Assembly (NCBI GenBank): GCA_038252405.1 | Contig: JBBSAJ010000010.1 | Location: forward strand, 16,909 to 80,908 | Length of the DNA stretch: 64,000 nt | Direction of reading: 5' to 3' | Origin: Actinomycetes bacterium | Lineage (GTDB): Bacteria; Actinomycetota; Actinomycetes; Prado026 | In this document: piece by piece, positions 28,627 through 45,384 of the stretch | Numbering within the stretch: the first letter of the stretch is position 1 | Layout: every line of letters begins with the position of its first letter | Notes under the pieces: model-generated | Told to the model about the DNA's origin: nothing | Database searches by the model: none | The model's input: only the letters and a program-made list of their open reading frames with translations | Program-made: the position numbers and the translations under genes

Positions 28627-30642
28627 TCAGCCGAGGGCCACCGGGTCGACCCGCACCGTGACGAACTCAGCCGCCTTGCGTGCGCTGCGGCCGGCCTGGG
28701 TGGCGCGCAGCGCGGCGCTGAGCGCGGCCCCGTCGTCCAGCGGGGCGCGCAGCAGGGCCCGCACCTGCCCGGGCGGCCCCTGCTCGAGCGGCAGCGGACC
28801 GAGGACGGCGGCGGACGGCGGCAGCCGCACCGCCGCCAGGAAGTCCGCCACGGCGGCGGCCGGACCGGACACCACGGCCAGCCGCACCGCCGGCGGGAAG
28901 TCGAGCCGGCGGCGCTGCTCGAGCTCCTGCGCCGCCGCGCCCGCGGGGTCCATGCGCAGCAGGGCCTGCACCGGGGCGGCCGACGGGTCCCCCAGGACGA
29001 CGACCCGGCCGCCCTGCGCGGCCGGGCGGACCAGGGCCACCGCGGCCGCCCAGCGGCGCAGCGCCTCCTCCCCCGCACGCAGGTCGGGCCGGGCCAGCAG
29101 CGCCCAGGTGTCCAGCAGCAGCGCCGCCACGTAGCCGCCGTCGGCCACCGGCTCGGCACCGGGGGTGGCCACCACGAGGGCGGGCTCGGCGTCGACGGTC
29201 GCGAGGACGCCGTCGCCCCCGGACGTGCGCACCCGCACGCCGGGGAAGGACCGACCGAGCTCCTCGGCCGTCCTGGATGCACCCACGGTGACCGCCCGCA
29301 GCCGCACCCCGTCGCACTCCGGGCAGCGCCAGGCGCCGGCCGGCTGGCCGCACCAGCGGCACCGGGGCACGGCGTGGCCCGAGCTCAGCGCCAGCGGCCC
29401 GGCGCAGGCGGGACAGCGGGCCGGGCTGCGGCACTGGGTGCAGGCCAGGGCCGGCAGGTAGCCGCGGCGTGGCACCTGGACCAGCGCCGGACCGCTGCGC
29501 AGCGCGGTCCGCAGCGTCTCCCAGGCCAGCGACGGCAGCCGGGCGGCGCGGGCCGCCGGGTCCCTGGCCAGCTCGGCGTCGTCGCCGGTGGTGCGCAGCA
29601 GTGGCGCCGCGGCCCTGGCGTCGGCCCGGCTGCGCTCGACCGGGTGCGCCCAGCCGGTCTCGACGAGCAGCTGCGCCTCCGCGGTGCGGGCGTGGCCGCC
29701 GAGCAGCAGGGCCGCGCCCTCGAGGCGGGACCGGGCCACCAGCACCTCCCGCACGTGCGGGTAGGGGGCGTGCGGCTCGGCGTGCAGGTCGTCGCCGTCG
29801 TCCCACACCACGGCCAGACCGAGCCGCTCGACCGGGGCGAACATCGCGGCCCGGGTGCCCACGACCGCGCGGACGGCGCCGCGGCGCACGGCCAGCCAGC
29901 GCCGGTAGCGCTCCTTCGGGCCGACCTCGGCGCTGAGCAGCACGTGCTGGCCCGGGCCGCACTCGGCCTCGATGGCCGCGGCCACCCGGTCGGCGTCGCG
30001 GTGGTCGGGGACGACGACGAGCGCCCCGCGGTCGGCGGCCAGGGCGGTGCGCACCGCGTGCGCGACCTCGGCCGGCCAGTCCGCCGTCGCCGTCCAGGCC
30101 GCGCGCGGGGAGCGGCCGGCGGCCAGCGCCCGCAGGAACGCCGGGCCCGCGGTGTACGCCCGCCAGGGGCCCGGGTCGTCCGGGGCCGACGGGGGCAGCG
30201 CCGGCTCGACCGGCCGGGCGGCCTCAGCGGCCGCGTGCCGGGGCGGGACGGCGAGGCGCAGCACGTCGGCGAAGGCACCCGCGTAGTGGTCGGCGACCTC
30301 GCGGGCCAGCCGCGCCACCTGCGGGGAGAGCACCGGCTCGGCCGAGACGACCTTGAGCCGGGCCAGCCGCCCGGTGTGCTCGCTGGTCGCCGCCCGCTCG
30401 ATGAGGTACCCGCTGACCAGCTGGCCGGCGAACCGGACCCGGACCCGGGCTCCCGGCACCGCCTGCTCGTCGGCGCCGGCGGGGACCTCGTAGTCGAACA
30501 GCCGGTCCAGGTGGGCCAGCGAGACGTCGACCGCGACCCGGGCGACCGGGTCGGTCGCGGCCGCCGGCTCCGGCGGGCGGGGCCTGGCCCGGCGGACCTG
30601 CGCCCGCACCAGGGCCAGCTGCTCCTCCCCCCCGCCCTGCAT
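28627..30642 (-). CDS. priA: primosomal protein N' (PriA), degenerate-helicase type
   Basis: Cys-rich CxxC...CxxC...CxxC...CxxC zinc region and overall PriA architecture. No GxxxxGK[ST] Walker A is visible. The start is uncertain. Confidence 0.75.
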   Translation of the reverse strand: MQGGGEEQLALVRAQVRRARPRPPEPAAATDPVARVAVDVSLAHLDRLFDYEVPAGADEQAVPGARVRVRFAGQLVSGYLIERAATSEHTGRLARLKVVSAEPVLSPQVARLAREVADHYAGAFADVLRLAVPPRHAAAEAARPVEPALPPSAPDDPGPWRAYTAGPAFLRALAAGRSPRAAWTATADWPAEVAHAVRTALAADRGALVVVPDHRDADRVAAAIEAECGPGQHVLLSAEVGPKERYRRWLAVRRGAVRAVVGTRAAMFAPVERLGLAVVWDDGDDLHAEPHAPYPHVREVLVARSRLEGAALLLGGHARTAEAQLLVETGWAHPVERSRADARAAAPLLRTTGDDAELARDPAARAARLPSLAWETLRTALRSGPALVQVPRRGYLPALACTQCRSPARCPACAGPLALSSGHAVPRCRWCGQPAGAWRCPECDGVRLRAVTVGASRTAEELGRSFPGVRVRTSGGDGVLATVDAEPALVVATPGAEPVADGGYVAALLLDTWALLARPDLRAGEEALRRWAAAVALVRPAAQGGRVVVLGDPSAAPVQALLRMDPAGAAAQELEQRRRLDFPPAVRLAVVSGPAAAVADFLAAVRLPPSAAVLGPLPLEQGPPGQVRALLRAPLDDGAALSAALRATQAGRSARKAAEFVTVRVDPVALG

Positions 30643-30648
30643 CCAGGG

Positions 30649-31842
30649 TCAGGCGCGGACGGCGGTGCGCAGCGCGTCGACCCGGTCGGTCCGCTCCCAG
30701 GTGAAGTCCGGCTCGACCCGGCCGAAGTGGCCGTAGGCGGCGGTGGACGCGTAGATCGGCCGCAGCAGGTCGAGGTCGCGGATGATCGCGGCCGGCCGCA
30801 GGTCGAACACCTCGGTCACCGCGTCCTGGATCCGCTCGGCCGGCAGCTCGGACGTGCCGAACGTCTCCACGAACAGCCCGACCGGGTGCGCCTTGCCGAT
30901 CGCGTAGGCCACCTGCACCTCACAGCGCCTGGCCAGCCCGGCGGCCACCACGTGCTTGGCCACCCAGCGCATCGCGTAGGCGGCCGAGCGGTCCACCTTC
31001 GACGGGTCCTTGCCGGAGAACGCCCCGCCGCCGTGCCGCGCCATCCCGCCGTAGGTGTCGATGATGATCTTTCGCCCGGTCAGGCCCGCGTCGCCCATGG
31101 GGCCGCCGATCTCGAACCGGCCGGTCGGGTTGACCAGCACCCGGTAGTCCGAGGTGTCGATCTGCAGGTCCGCGAGGACCGGGCGGACCACCAGCGCCTC
31201 GACGTCGGGCTGCAGCAGCGTCACCAGGTCGACGTCGCCGGCGTGCTGGGTCGACACCACGACCGTGTCCAGCCGGACCGGCCGGTCGCCGTCGTACTCG
31301 ATGGTCACCTGGGTCTTGCCGTCCGGGCGGAGGTAGGGGATCTGGCCGTCCTTGCGGACGGCGGCCAGCCGGTGCGCGAGCCGGTGCGCCAGCATGATCG
31401 GTAGCGGCATCAGCTCGGGCGTGTCGTCGCAGGCGTAGCCGAACATCAGGCCCTGGTCACCGGCGCCCTGCCGGTCCAGCGGGTCGTGCGAGTGCTCGGC
31501 CCGCTCCTCGTAGGCGTCGTCGACGCCCTGGGCGATGTCCGCCGACTGCGAGCCGATCGACACCGACACGCCGCAGGAGTTCCCGTCGAACCCCTTCTTC
31601 GACGAGTCGTAGCCGATCTCGAGGACCTTCTCCCGCACGATCGAGGGGATGTCGGCCCAGGCCGAGGTGGTCACCTCACCTGCCACGTGCACCAGGCCGG
31701 TGGTGACCAGGGTCTCGACCGCGACCCTGCTGTGCACGTCGTCTTTGAGCAGCGCGTCCAGGATCGAGTCGCTGATCTGGTCAGCGATCTTGTCCGGGTG
31801 TCCCTCAGTGACCGACTCGGAGGTGAACAGGCGACGGGACAA
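30649..31842 (-). CDS. metK: S-adenosylmethionine synthetase
   Basis: [25 protein letters not shown]... Confidence 0.95.
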   Translation of the reverse strand: MSRRLFTSESVTEGHPDKIADQISDSILDALLKDDVHSRVAVETLVTTGLVHVAGEVTTSAWADIPSIVREKVLEIGYDSSKKGFDGNSCGVSVSIGSQSADIAQGVDDAYEERAEHSHDPLDRQGAGDQGLMFGYACDDTPELMPLPIMLAHRLAHRLAAVRKDGQIPYLRPDGKTQVTIEYDGDRPVRLDTVVVSTQHAGDVDLVTLLQPDVEALVVRPVLADLQIDTSDYRVLVNPTGRFEIGGPMGDAGLTGRKIIIDTYGGMARHGGGAFSGKDPSKVDRSAAYAMRWVAKHVVAAGLARRCEVQVAYAIGKAHPVGLFVETFGTSELPAERIQDAVTEVFDLRPAAIIRDLDLLRPIYASTAAYGHFGRVEPDFTWERTDRVDALRTAVRA

Positions 31843-31877
31843 CGGGGCTCCCTCAGCTCGACGGATGTTGCCGCAGT

Positions 31878-33116
31878 CTAACGACCGGGGCCGACCAAAC
31901 GGGAGGCCACGGCGTCCCAGACGGCGTCGGCCAGCGCCTCCTTGCTGCCCAGCGGCAGCCCCACCTCGCTGCCGTCGGCCCCGAGCAGCACGCCGGAGTT
32001 CTCGGCCACCTCGAAGCCCACGCCCTCGCCGACCCGGTTGACCACGAGCAGGTCGCAGCCCTTGCGGGCCAGCTTGGCCCGCCCGTGCGCCAGCCAGTCC
32101 GCGGTGTCGTCACCGGTCTCGGCGGCGAACCCCACGACCACCGGGGACTTCCCGGAGCGTGCGGCCACCACCTCGGCCAGGACGTCGGGGTTGCGCACCA
32201 GCACGATCGGCTCCGGCACACCGCCCGCGTCGTCCTTCTTGATCTTGGCGCCCTGGACGGACGCCGGCCGGAAGTCGGCCACCGCCGCCGCCATCACCAC
32301 GACGTCGGCGTCCACCGCGGCGGCCAGCACGGCGTCGCGCAGCTGATCGGCGGTCCCCACCGGGACGACACCCACCCCGGCCGGCGACGGCAGCGCGACG
32401 TTGGCGGACACGAGCACCACCTCGGCGCCCCGGGCCGCCGCCGTGGCGGCCAGCGCGTAGCCCTGCCGTCCACTGGAGCGGTTACCCAGGAACCGGACCG
32501 GGTCGAGCGGCTCCCGGGTGCCCCCGGCCGAGACCACGACCCGGCTGCCGGCCAGGTCGGCGCCCCGGCCCGGCGCGGCCAGCAGGCGCAGCGCGACCGC
32601 CAGGATCTGCTCCGGCTCGGGCAGCCGGCCCGGCCCGGAGTCGGCGCCGGTGAGCCGGCCCACGTCGGGGTCGAGCACGACGACGCCGCGCTGGCGCAGG
32701 GTGGCCACGTTGGCGCGGGTGGCCGGGTGCTCCCACATCTCGGTGTGCATGGCCGGCGCGAACAGCACCGGGCAGCGCGCGGTGAGCAGCACGTTGGTGA
32801 GCAGGTCGTCGGCCAGCCCGTGCGCGGCCCTGGCCAGCAGGTCGGCGGTGGCCGGCGCCACGACCACGAGGTCGGCGTCCCGGCCCAGCCGCACGTGCGG
32901 CACGGCGTGGGCGTCGTCCCAGACGTCGGTGGCCACCGGCTGGCCGGACAGCGCGGCCCAGGTCGGCACCCCCACGAACCGCAGGGCCGCGGCGGTCGGG
33001 ACGACCCGCACCGAGCAGCCGGACTCGGTCAGTCCGCGCAGCAACGTGGCGACCTTGTACGCAGCGATGCCCCCGCCGACACCGAGCACCACCCGCGGAG
33101 CGGGCACGCCGGTCAC
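31878..33116 (-). CDS. coaBC: bifunctional phosphopantothenoylcysteine decarboxylase / phosphopantothenate-cysteine ligase
   Basis: Flavoprotein N-domain (GGIAAYK) plus DFP C-domain. GTG at 33116. Confidence 0.9.
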   Translation of the reverse strand: MTGVPAPRVVLGVGGGIAAYKVATLLRGLTESGCSVRVVPTAAALRFVGVPTWAALSGQPVATDVWDDAHAVPHVRLGRDADLVVVAPATADLLARAAHGLADDLLTNVLLTARCPVLFAPAMHTEMWEHPATRANVATLRQRGVVVLDPDVGRLTGADSGPGRLPEPEQILAVALRLLAAPGRGADLAGSRVVVSAGGTREPLDPVRFLGNRSSGRQGYALAATAAARGAEVVLVSANVALPSPAGVGVVPVGTADQLRDAVLAAAVDADVVVMAAAVADFRPASVQGAKIKKDDAGGVPEPIVLVRNPDVLAEVVAARSGKSPVVVGFAAETGDDTADWLAHGRAKLARKGCDLLVVNRVGEGVGFEVAENSGVLLGADGSEVGLPLGSKEALADAVWDAVASRLVGPGR

Positions 33117-33148
33117 GGCAGGGGCACCTGTGCGAAGGCCGGGGCGGG

Positions 33149-33451
33149 TCAGGCCTCGGTGGTCTCGAGCTCGAGCAGGCCGGCGTTGATCTCGCGCAGC
33201 GCGATCGACAGCGGCTTCTCCTGCACGTGGGTCTCCACGAGCGGGCCGACGTACTCGAGCAGGCCCTCGCCGAGCTGGCTGTAGTAGGCGTTGATCTGGC
33301 GCGCCCGCTTGGCCGAGTAGAGCACCAGGCTGTACTTGGACTCGACCCGCTCGAGCAGGTCGTCGATGGGCGGGTTGGTGATGCCTTCGGGCGCGGCGAC
33401 GGTACCGGACACGCGGGTGCCTTCCGGGAGAGCGAACGGTGCAGGTCTCAA
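33149..33451 (-). CDS. rpoZ: DNA-directed RNA polymerase subunit omega
   Basis: [32 protein letters not shown]. Confidence 0.85.
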   Translation of the reverse strand: MRPAPFALPEGTRVSGTVAAPEGITNPPIDDLLERVESKYSLVLYSAKRARQINAYYSQLGEGLLEYVGPLVETHVQEKPLSIALREINAGLLELETTEA

Positions 33452-33460
33452 GCGGACGTC

Positions 33461-34030
33461 TCAGGCGACGCCCAGACCCATCAACGATACCAGCCGGTCG
33501 CACACGGCCTCGATCTCGTCGTTGACGACGACCTCGTCGAACTCCGACTGGGCGGCCAGCTCGATCTCCGCGGTGGCCAGCCGCCGGGCGATCACCTCGG
33601 CCGGCTCGGTGCCGCGGCCCACCAGCCGGCGGACCAGCTCGTCCCAGGACGGCGGCGCCAGGAAGACCAGCAGCGCCTCCGGCATCGCCGCCTTGACCAT
33701 CCGGGCGCCCAGCAGCTCGATCTCCAGCAGCACCGGGGTGCCCTCGGCCAGCCGGTCCTCCACCGGCTCCCGCGGGGTTCCGTAGTGGTGCCCCGCGAAC
33801 TCGGCCCACTCCAGCAGCTCGCCGCGCTCGACCAGGCCGGCGAACTCCTCCGGGGTGCGGAAGAAGTAGTGCACACCCTCGGTCTCGCCCGGCCGCTGCC
33901 GTCGGGTCGTCGCGGACACCGACAGCCAGATGTCCGGGTGCCGCTCCCGCAGGTGGGCCACCACGGTGCTCTTGCCCACCCCGGACGGCCCGGACAGCAC
34001 CGTCAGCCGCGGCCGCTCAGGACGTGGCAC
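33461..34030 (-). CDS. gmk: guanylate kinase
   Basis: P-loop GPSGVGKST, 189 aa. Confidence 0.9.
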   Translation of the reverse strand: MPRPERPRLTVLSGPSGVGKSTVVAHLRERHPDIWLSVSATTRRQRPGETEGVHYFFRTPEEFAGLVERGELLEWAEFAGHHYGTPREPVEDRLAEGTPVLLEIELLGARMVKAAMPEALLVFLAPPSWDELVRRLVGRGTEPAEVIARRLATAEIELAAQSEFDEVVVNDEIEAVCDRLVSLMGLGVA

Positions 34031-34337
34031 CGAACTCCCGTTCGAGCGCCGCGACCTGGTTGGCGCCGAGCCCCCGCACCCGGCGGGTCTCGGCGATCCC
34101 CACCCGTTCCATGATCTCCCGGGCCCGGACCTTGCCGACGCCGGGCATCGACTCCAGCAGCGCGGACACCCGGATCTTGCCGATCACCGGGTTCTCCTGG
34201 CCCTCCCGGATCACCTCGGGCAGCGAGGCTCCGGAGTGCTTGAGCCGGTTCTTCACCTCGGCGCGCTCCCGCCGGGCCTCGCCGGCCTTGGCCAAGGCGG
34301 CGGCGCGCTGCTCGGGCGAGAGGGGCGGAAGGGCCAC
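34017..34337 (-). CDS. mihF: integration host factor MihF (actinobacterial IHF)
   Basis: [33 protein letters not shown]... It overlaps the gmk start by 14 nt. Confidence 0.85.
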   Translation of the reverse strand: MALPPLSPEQRAAALAKAGEARRERAEVKNRLKHSGASLPEVIREGQENPVIGKIRVSALLESMPGVGKVRAREIMERVGIAETRRVRGLGANQVAALEREFGATS

Positions 34338-34387
34338 CGGGGGTCACCTCAGGGGTCGGGGGAAGCGATCAGGTATCCGTCGTGAAC

Positions 34388-35095
34388 CTAGCGAGTGCCG
34401 CGCTCCGGCGGCAACGCAGCGGCCAGCGACGCCGCCGCGGCGCCCGGGTCGGCCGCCCCGGTGATCGGCCGGCCCACGACGAGCAGGTCGGCACCGTCGG
34501 CCAGCGCCTGCTCCGGTGTGGTCACCCGGGCCTGGTCGCCGGGGTCGGACCCGGCCGGCCGGACGCCCGGGGTGATCAGCACGACGTCCGTCCCGACCTC
34601 GGCCCGGACGGCAGCCACCTCCTGCGGGGAGCAGACCAGGGCCCGCGCCCCGCCGCTGACCGCGAGCACGGCCAGCCGTCGGACGGCGTCCAGCGGCGGC
34701 CCGGCCAGCCCGATGCGCTCCAGGTCGGCCGCGGACAGCGAGGTGAGCACGGTCACCGCCGTGATCCGGGTGCCCGGCAGCGCCTCCACGGCGGCCCGCA
34801 CCATGGCCGGACCGCCCGCGGCGTGCACCGTGAGGAAGTCCGGGGCCAGGTCGGCCACCGCCCGGGCTGCCCCGGCCACCGTGTTCGGGATGTCGTGCAG
34901 CTTCAGGTCCAAGAAGACCGCGCGGCCGCCGCTGGCCTCCCGTGCCCTGGCCACGGCGGCCGCGCCGTGCCGCAGGTACAGCTCCAGGCCCACCTTGACC
35001 GTGGACACGTGCGGCCCGGCCGCCGCGGCCCAGCGGGCGGCGACGTCCAGGTCGGTGGTGTCGAGGGCGACCGCGACGGGTGCGGGGGCGCTCAC
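34388..35095 (-). CDS. pyrF: orotidine 5'-phosphate decarboxylase
   Basis: GTG at 35095 overlapping the pyr[15 protein letters not shown] motif. Confidence 0.85.
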   Translation of the reverse strand: MSAPAPVAVALDTTDLDVAARWAAAAGPHVSTVKVGLELYLRHGAAAVARAREASGGRAVFLDLKLHDIPNTVAGAARAVADLAPDFLTVHAAGGPAMVRAAVEALPGTRITAVTVLTSLSAADLERIGLAGPPLDAVRRLAVLAVSGGARALVCSPQEVAAVRAEVGTDVVLITPGVRPAGSDPGDQARVTTPEQALADGADLLVVGRPITGAADPGAAAASLAAALPPERGTR

Positions 35096-36078
35096 GCCTC
35101 CGGCTCCGTCCGGTGCGCGTAGCCGACCGCGTCGCTGAACCGCTGGAACCCGCGGTCGCCCAGGGCCCGCTGCAGCTCGCGGGCGATCCGGGCCGGCGCC
35201 GAGGGGTCGTTGAACACGGCGGTGCCCACGGAGACGGCGCTGGCGCCGGCGAGCACGAACTCCAGCGCGTCCAGGCCGGTGCGGATCCCGCCCATGCCGA
35301 GGATCGGCACGTCCGGCAGCGCCTGGTGCACCTGCCACACGCAGCGCACGGCCACCGGGCGGATCGCCGGGCCGGACAGCCCCCCGGTCACCCCGGCCAG
35401 CGCCGGACGCATGGTGTCCGTGTCGATCGCCATGCCCAGCAGCGTGTTGATCATCGACAGGCCGTCCGCCCCGGCGGCCACCACCGACTGGGCGATCTCG
35501 ACGATGTCGGTGACGTCCGGGGACAGCTTGGCCAGCACCGGGATGCCCGGCGCGGTGGCCCGGCGGACCGCCGCGACGACAGCCGACGCCGGCGCCGCGG
35601 CACAGGCGAACACCTGGCCCCGGTCCTCGACGTTCGGGCAGGAGATGTTGACCTCGACCGCCGTGACGCCGTCGACGTTGCGCAGCCGCTGCGCGAGCTT
35701 GGTGAACTCCTCGACCGTCCCGCCCGCGATCGACACGATCGCCCGCGCGCCCCGGTTGCGCAGCCAGGCCAGGTCGTGCTCCAGGAACGCGTCGATGCCG
35801 GGGCCCTGCAGGCCGATCGAGTTGAGCATGCCGCTCGGCGTCTCGGCCATCCGCGGGGTCGGCCGCCCGGACCGCGGCTTCAGCATGATCGACTTGGTGA
35901 CGACGGCGCCCAGCGCGGCGACGTCCATGAACTGGTCCAGCTCGCGGCCGGCCGCGGCGCAGCCGGACGCTGTGAGCACCGGGCTGGGCAGCGCCGCCCC
36001 GGCCAGGTCGGTGGACATGTCGACCGCGGGCAGCTCGGCCTCGCCCGCGGTCCGGGTGGTGATCCGCATCCGGGTCAT
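35092..36078 (-). CDS. pyrD: dihydroorotate dehydrogenase catalytic subunit (class 1B)
   Basis: ATG at 36078 overlapping the pyrK TGA. SNTLG-like motifs. Confidence 0.85.
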   Translation of the reverse strand: MTRMRITTRTAGEAELPAVDMSTDLAGAALPSPVLTASGCAAAGRELDQFMDVAALGAVVTKSIMLKPRSGRPTPRMAETPSGMLNSIGLQGPGIDAFLEHDLAWLRNRGARAIVSIAGGTVEEFTKLAQRLRNVDGVTAVEVNISCPNVEDRGQVFACAAAPASAVVAAVRRATAPGIPVLAKLSPDVTDIVEIAQSVVAAGADGLSMINTLLGMAIDTDTMRPALAGVTGGLSGPAIRPVAVRCVWQVHQALPDVPILGMGGIRTGLDALEFVLAGASAVSVGTAVFNDPSAPARIARELQRALGDRGFQRFSDAVGYAHRTEPEA

Positions 36079-36931
36079 GCCTGGCCCCCCGCGGGCGCGC
36101 CCCACGTGTCGGCCGGCACCGTGCCGACGTCGGCCCAGCGGACCCGGTCACCGGCGAACACCGGCCCCTCGGTGCAGGAGCGCACCATGCGGGTCACGCC
36201 GTCGTCGCCGACCACCGGCAGCACGCAGGTCATGCAGACCCCGACGCCGCAGGCCATCGACTCCTCCACGGCACACTGGCTGACCGCGCCGTGCGCCGTG
36301 GCCAGCTCGCTGACCGCCTGCAGCATCCCCATGGGACCGCACGCGTAGACCACCTCACTGCCGGCGCGGCGCATCAGGGACGGGAGCACGTCGGTGACCC
36401 GGCCGCGCTCCCCCAGCGAGCCGTCCTCGGTGGTGATGGCCACCTGGGTGGACATCCGTTTGGCCTCCAGCGCCCCGAACAGCCGCGACTCGGTCGACGC
36501 GCCGATGACGAAGTCGACCCGGCTGCCGCGGGCCCGCAGCTGCTCGGCCAGGCTGAACAGCGGCGCGCTGCCGTAGCCGCCGCCCACCAGGACCGCCGAC
36601 ACCGGCTCGAGCGGCAGCGCGAACGGCCGCCCGAGCGGGCCGACGACGTCCACCTGGTCGTGCGCCTGCAACCGGGACAGCCAGGCGGTGCCGCGGCCGT
36701 GGACCGCGAACACCACCTCCACGGTGCCGCCGTAGACGCCGCGCTGCTGCACCTTGTAGATCGAGAAGGCCCGGCGCAGCAGCATCGAGGAGTCGTCGCC
36801 GCCGACGGCCAAGGCGACGAACTGGCCGGGCCGGGCGGTGTCGGCGACGCCGGGCGCGACCAGGGTGAGCGCGTGGTAGTCCCCGAGCCGGCGCAGGGAC
36901 AGCACCTCACCGCGCACCTGAACCGGCGCCA

Positions 36932-36932
<1 letters not shown>
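36075..36932 (-). CDS. pyrK: dihydroorotate dehydrogenase electron-transfer subunit
   Basis: FAD/NAD-binding domain and a C-terminal 2Fe-2S Cys cluster (CGVGVCMTC). The ATG at 36932 overlaps the carB stop. Only the last 285 aa of the 1231-aa track ORF are real. Confidence 0.8.
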
Positions 36933-40230
<3,298 letters not shown>

Positions 40231-40231
<1 letters not shown>

Positions 40232-41346
40232 CAGCGGGTCCCCTCGATCAGCGCGGTGAACCGGTCGAACAGGTAGGCCGAGTCGTGCGGGCCGGCCGCG
40301 GCCTCCGGGTGGTACTGCACGGAGAAGGCCGGCCGGTCGAGCAGCGCCAGCCCCTCGACCACGCCGTCGTTGAGGCAGACGTGGCTCACCTCGACCCGCC
40401 CGTACGGCGTCTCGGTGACCGCACCGACCGGGGCCGCGACCGCGAAGCCGTGGTTGTGGGCGCTGATCTCCACCCGCCCGGTGGCGACGTCCTGCACCGG
40501 CTGGTTGGTGCCCCGGTGGCCGAACTTCAACTTGAACGTGTCGAAGCCGAGGGCCCGGCCGAGCACCTGGTTGCCGAAGCAGATGCCGAACGTCGGCAGC
40601 CGGTGGTCCAGCGCGGCCCGGACCAGCCCGACCGCGTGGTCGGCGGTCGCGGGGTCGCCGGGGCCGTTGGAGAAGAACACGCCGTCGGCCCCGGCGGCCA
40701 GCAGCTGATCGGGCGTGGTGGCCGCCGGCAGCACGTGCACCTCGACGCCGCGCTCGGCCAGCCGGACCGGGGTCATGGCCTTGATCCCGAGGTCGACGGC
40801 GGCCACGGTGAACCGCTTCTCCCCCAGTGCCGGCACGACGTAGGGCGCCTCGGTGGACACCTCGGCCGTGAGGTCGGCCCCGGCCATCTGCGGGGTGGCC
40901 CGCACCCGCTCGAGCAGCGCCCGCGGGTCGTCGTCGACGCTGGAGATGCCCACCCGCATGGCGCCGCGGTCGCGCAGGTGCCGGGTGAGCGCCCTGGTGT
41001 CGACCCCGCTGATCCCGACGACGCCCTGCGCCTCGAGCTCCTCCTCCAGGGTGCGGCTGGCCCGCCAGGACGACGCCCGTGGCGAGGGGTCTCGCACCAC
41101 GTACCCGCTCACCCAGATCCGACTGGACTCCGGGTCCTCGTCGTTGACGCCGGTGTTGCCGATGTGCGGCGTGGTCATGATGACGACCTGCCGGTGGTAC
41201 GACGGGTCGGTCAGGGTCTCCTGGTAGCCGGTCATGGCCGTGCAGAACACGGCCTCGCCGAAGGTCTCGCCGACCGCGCCGTACGCCTCGCCCACGAACG
41301 TGCGGCCGTCCTCCAGCACCAGCAGCGCCGACCGGCGCCCGGTCAT
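40231..41346 (-). CDS. carA: carbamoyl-phosphate synthase small subunit
   Basis: 371 aa, GATase catalytic triad region. ATGA overlap with carB. Confidence 0.95.
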
Positions 41347-41843
41347 GACGCCTCCTTCACGAGCAGCTGGCCGGCGGCGGCCACCACGACGTCCCGGTCT
41401 GCGGCATACCGCGGCCGGAAGCCGGTGGCCAGCTGCCGGTCCCCGTGCCGCCAGGTCAGCACGACCAGGCCGTCGTCCTCGACGACCGTCCCGGCCATGC
41501 CCTTGGCCAGCTGGACGCCGGTGAGCCGCTCGGCCGGCACGAACACGTCCGGTGCGCCCTCGCGGGCCAGCAGCACACCGCGGCGCACGACCGTGACGTG
41601 CGCGTTGCTGCGCACGCCCAGGCCGTGCACGACGATGCGGTCCAGCCAGTCCCCCGCTGAGGTGGTGGCCACGTAGACGCCCTCGACGTCGTCGACGAGC
41701 GGCTCCCCGAGGCCGGCCGGCACGGCCGGCAACCCGGGCAGGTCGGCCTGCCGGCGGCCCCTGTTGCGCCAGCCCCGGGCCATCCCGGCCACACCCAGCA
41801 GCACGAGCAGCACGATGGCCACGGACAGCAGGGTCCGAGTCAT
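41343..41843 (-). CDS. small membrane-anchored protein conserved between pyrC and carA (Rv1382-like)
   Basis: 166 aa with one N-terminal TM segment. ATGA overlaps at both ends. Confidence 0.6.
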   Translation of the reverse strand: MTRTLLSVAIVLLVLLGVAGMARGWRNRGRRQADLPGLPAVPAGLGEPLVDDVEGVYVATTSAGDWLDRIVVHGLGVRSNAHVTVVRRGVLLAREGAPDVFVPAERLTGVQLAKGMAGTVVEDDGLVVLTWRHGDRQLATGFRPRYAADRDVVVAAAGQLLVKEAS

Positions 41844-43122
41844 GCCAGCCTCCCGTCGAGCACGGTGGGCCGGCCGCGCAGGAAGGTGGCCACCACCCGC
41901 GCGGGCAGCTCGCGCCCGGCGTACGGGGTGTTGTGGCTGAGCGAGGCCAGCCGGCCCGGGTCGACCGACCAGGTTCCGGCCGGGTCGACCAGGGTGACGT
42001 TGGCCGGCTCGCCCACCGCGAGCGGCCGGCCGTGGTCGGCGACCCGCCCGATCTGTGCGGGGCGCACCGACATCCGGTCGGCGACGCCGGCCCAGTCCAG
42101 CAGCCCGGGCTCGACCATGGCCGCGGCCACCACGCCGAGCGCGGTCTCCAGGCCGACCATGCCGAACGCCGCCGCGGCCCACTCGCAGTCCTTGTCCTCG
42201 ACCGGGTGCGGCGCGTGGTCGGTGGCCACCACGTCGATGGTCCCGTCGGCCAGCCCGGCCCGCAGCGCGGCCACGTCGTCGGCCGAGCGCAGCGGTGGGT
42301 TCACCTTGTAGACCGGGTCGTAGCTGGCGACCAGGTCCTCGGTGAGCAGCAGGTGGTGCGGGGTCACCTCCGCGGTGACCGGGAAGCCCCGCTCCTTGGC
42401 CAGCCGGATGATCTCCACCGAGCCGGCCGTGGACACGTGGCACACGTGCAGCCGGGAGCCGACGTGCGCCGCCAGCAGGACGTCCCTGGCGATGACCGCC
42501 TCCTCGGCGACGCCCGGCCAGCCGCGCAGGCCGAGCACCCCGGAGAGCACGCCCTCGTTCATCTGGGCGTCCTCGGTCAGCCGCGGTTCCTGCGCGTGCT
42601 GGGCGATCACCCCGTCGAACGCCTTGACGTACTCCAGCGCCCGGCGCATCAGGACGGCGTCCGAGACGCAATGGCCGTCGTCGGAGAAGACCCGCACCGA
42701 GGCGGCCGAGTCGGCCATCGCGCCGAGCTCGGCGAGCTGCCTGCCGTCCAGACCCACGGTAACCGCGCCGACCGGCCGGACGTCGCAGTGGCCGGCCTGC
42801 TGGCCGAGCCGCCACACCTGCTCGACCACCCCGGCAGTGTCGGCCACCGGGTCGGTGTTGGCCATGGCGTGGACGGCGGTGAACCCGCCGAGCGCGGCCG
42901 CCCGGGTCCCGGTCTCGACCGTCTCGCTGTCCTCCCGGCCGGGCTCGCGCAGGTGGGTGTGCAGATCGACCAGCCCGGGCAGGGCGACCAGCCCGGCACC
43001 GTCGAGGACCTGCGCGTCGCCGGCGTCCAGACTCTGGCCCACGGCGGCGATCATGCCGTCCCGCAGCAGCAGGTCGGTGGGGTCACCGCCCAGGGGTCGC
43101 ACGCCCCGCAACAGCCAGCCGC

Positions 43123-43126
<4 letters not shown>
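41840..43126 (-). CDS. pyrC: dihydroorotase
   Basis: [10 protein letters not shown] metal-binding motif. The GTG at 43126 overlaps the pyrB TGA. Confidence 0.9.
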
Positions 43127-44738
<1,612 letters not shown>

Positions 44739-44886
44739 CTACCAGCCGGGTCGGGGTCGTCCGAACGGACCGTTAGCACCCATCCGCCTTGACGGGCTTG
44801 ATCACCCTCCGTAACGTCACGGAGCGTCACGGTCCAGCACCGGCGGTCGCCGGTGAGGGGGGGCCACCGGGGATTGAGGGGGGTCC

Positions 44887-45378
44887 ATGACGTCCGACTA
44901 CGGCAGAGCGCTCGGCGCTCGCCTACGGGCGATCCGCACGCAGCAGGGGCTGTCGCTGCACGGGGTGGAGGAGAAGAGCCAGGGCCGCTGGAAGGCGGTC
45001 GTGGTCGGCTCCTACGAGCGCGGCGACCGCGCCGTCACGGTGCAGAAGCTGGCCGAGCTGGCCGACTTCTACGGCGTCCCGGTCAGCGAGCTGCTGCCCG
45101 GCTCGCTGCCGAACGGCGGGGCCGAGGCGCCGCCGCGGCTGGTCCTCGACCTGGAGCGGCTGTCCGCCGTCCCGGCCGAGAAGGCCGGCCCGCTGGCCCG
45201 CTACGTGGCGACCATCCAGAGCCAGCGCGGCGACTACAACGGGCGGGTGCTGTCGGTCCGGCAGGAGGACCTGCGCACCCTGGCCGTGATCTACGACGCG
45301 TCACCGACCGCACTGGTCGAGCAGTTCATCACCTGGGGCGTGCTGGACGCCGACGCCCGCCGCGCCGTCACGGACTGA
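44887..45378 (+). CDS. bldD: BldD-family developmental transcriptional regulator
   Basis: 163-aa ORF, near-identical over its length to Streptomyces BldD as recalled (KLRAIRTQQGLSLHGVEEKSQGRWKAVVVGSYERGDRAVTVQ...). The C-terminal domain carries RGD and RQED (RXXD) c-di-GMP-binding motifs. Confidence 0.85.
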   Translation: MTSDYGRALGARLRAIRTQQGLSLHGVEEKSQGRWKAVVVGSYERGDRAVTVQKLAELADFYGVPVSELLPGSLPNGGAEAPPRLVLDLERLSAVPAEKAGPLARYVATIQSQRGDYNGRVLSVRQEDLRTLAVIYDASPTALVEQFITWGVLDADARRAVTD

Positions 45379-45384
45379 CCCTGG

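Noticed and set aside
31843-31877. SAM riboswitch upstream of metK
   Set aside because: The gap between the coaBC stop and the metK start is about 35 nt, too short for any SAM aptamer.
44740-44800. BldD box in the bldD promoter
   Set aside because: The palindrome ccgtaacgtcacgg and the cgtcacgg repeats fit the nTnACnCWGnGTnAn consensus poorly. They are not claimed as an operator.
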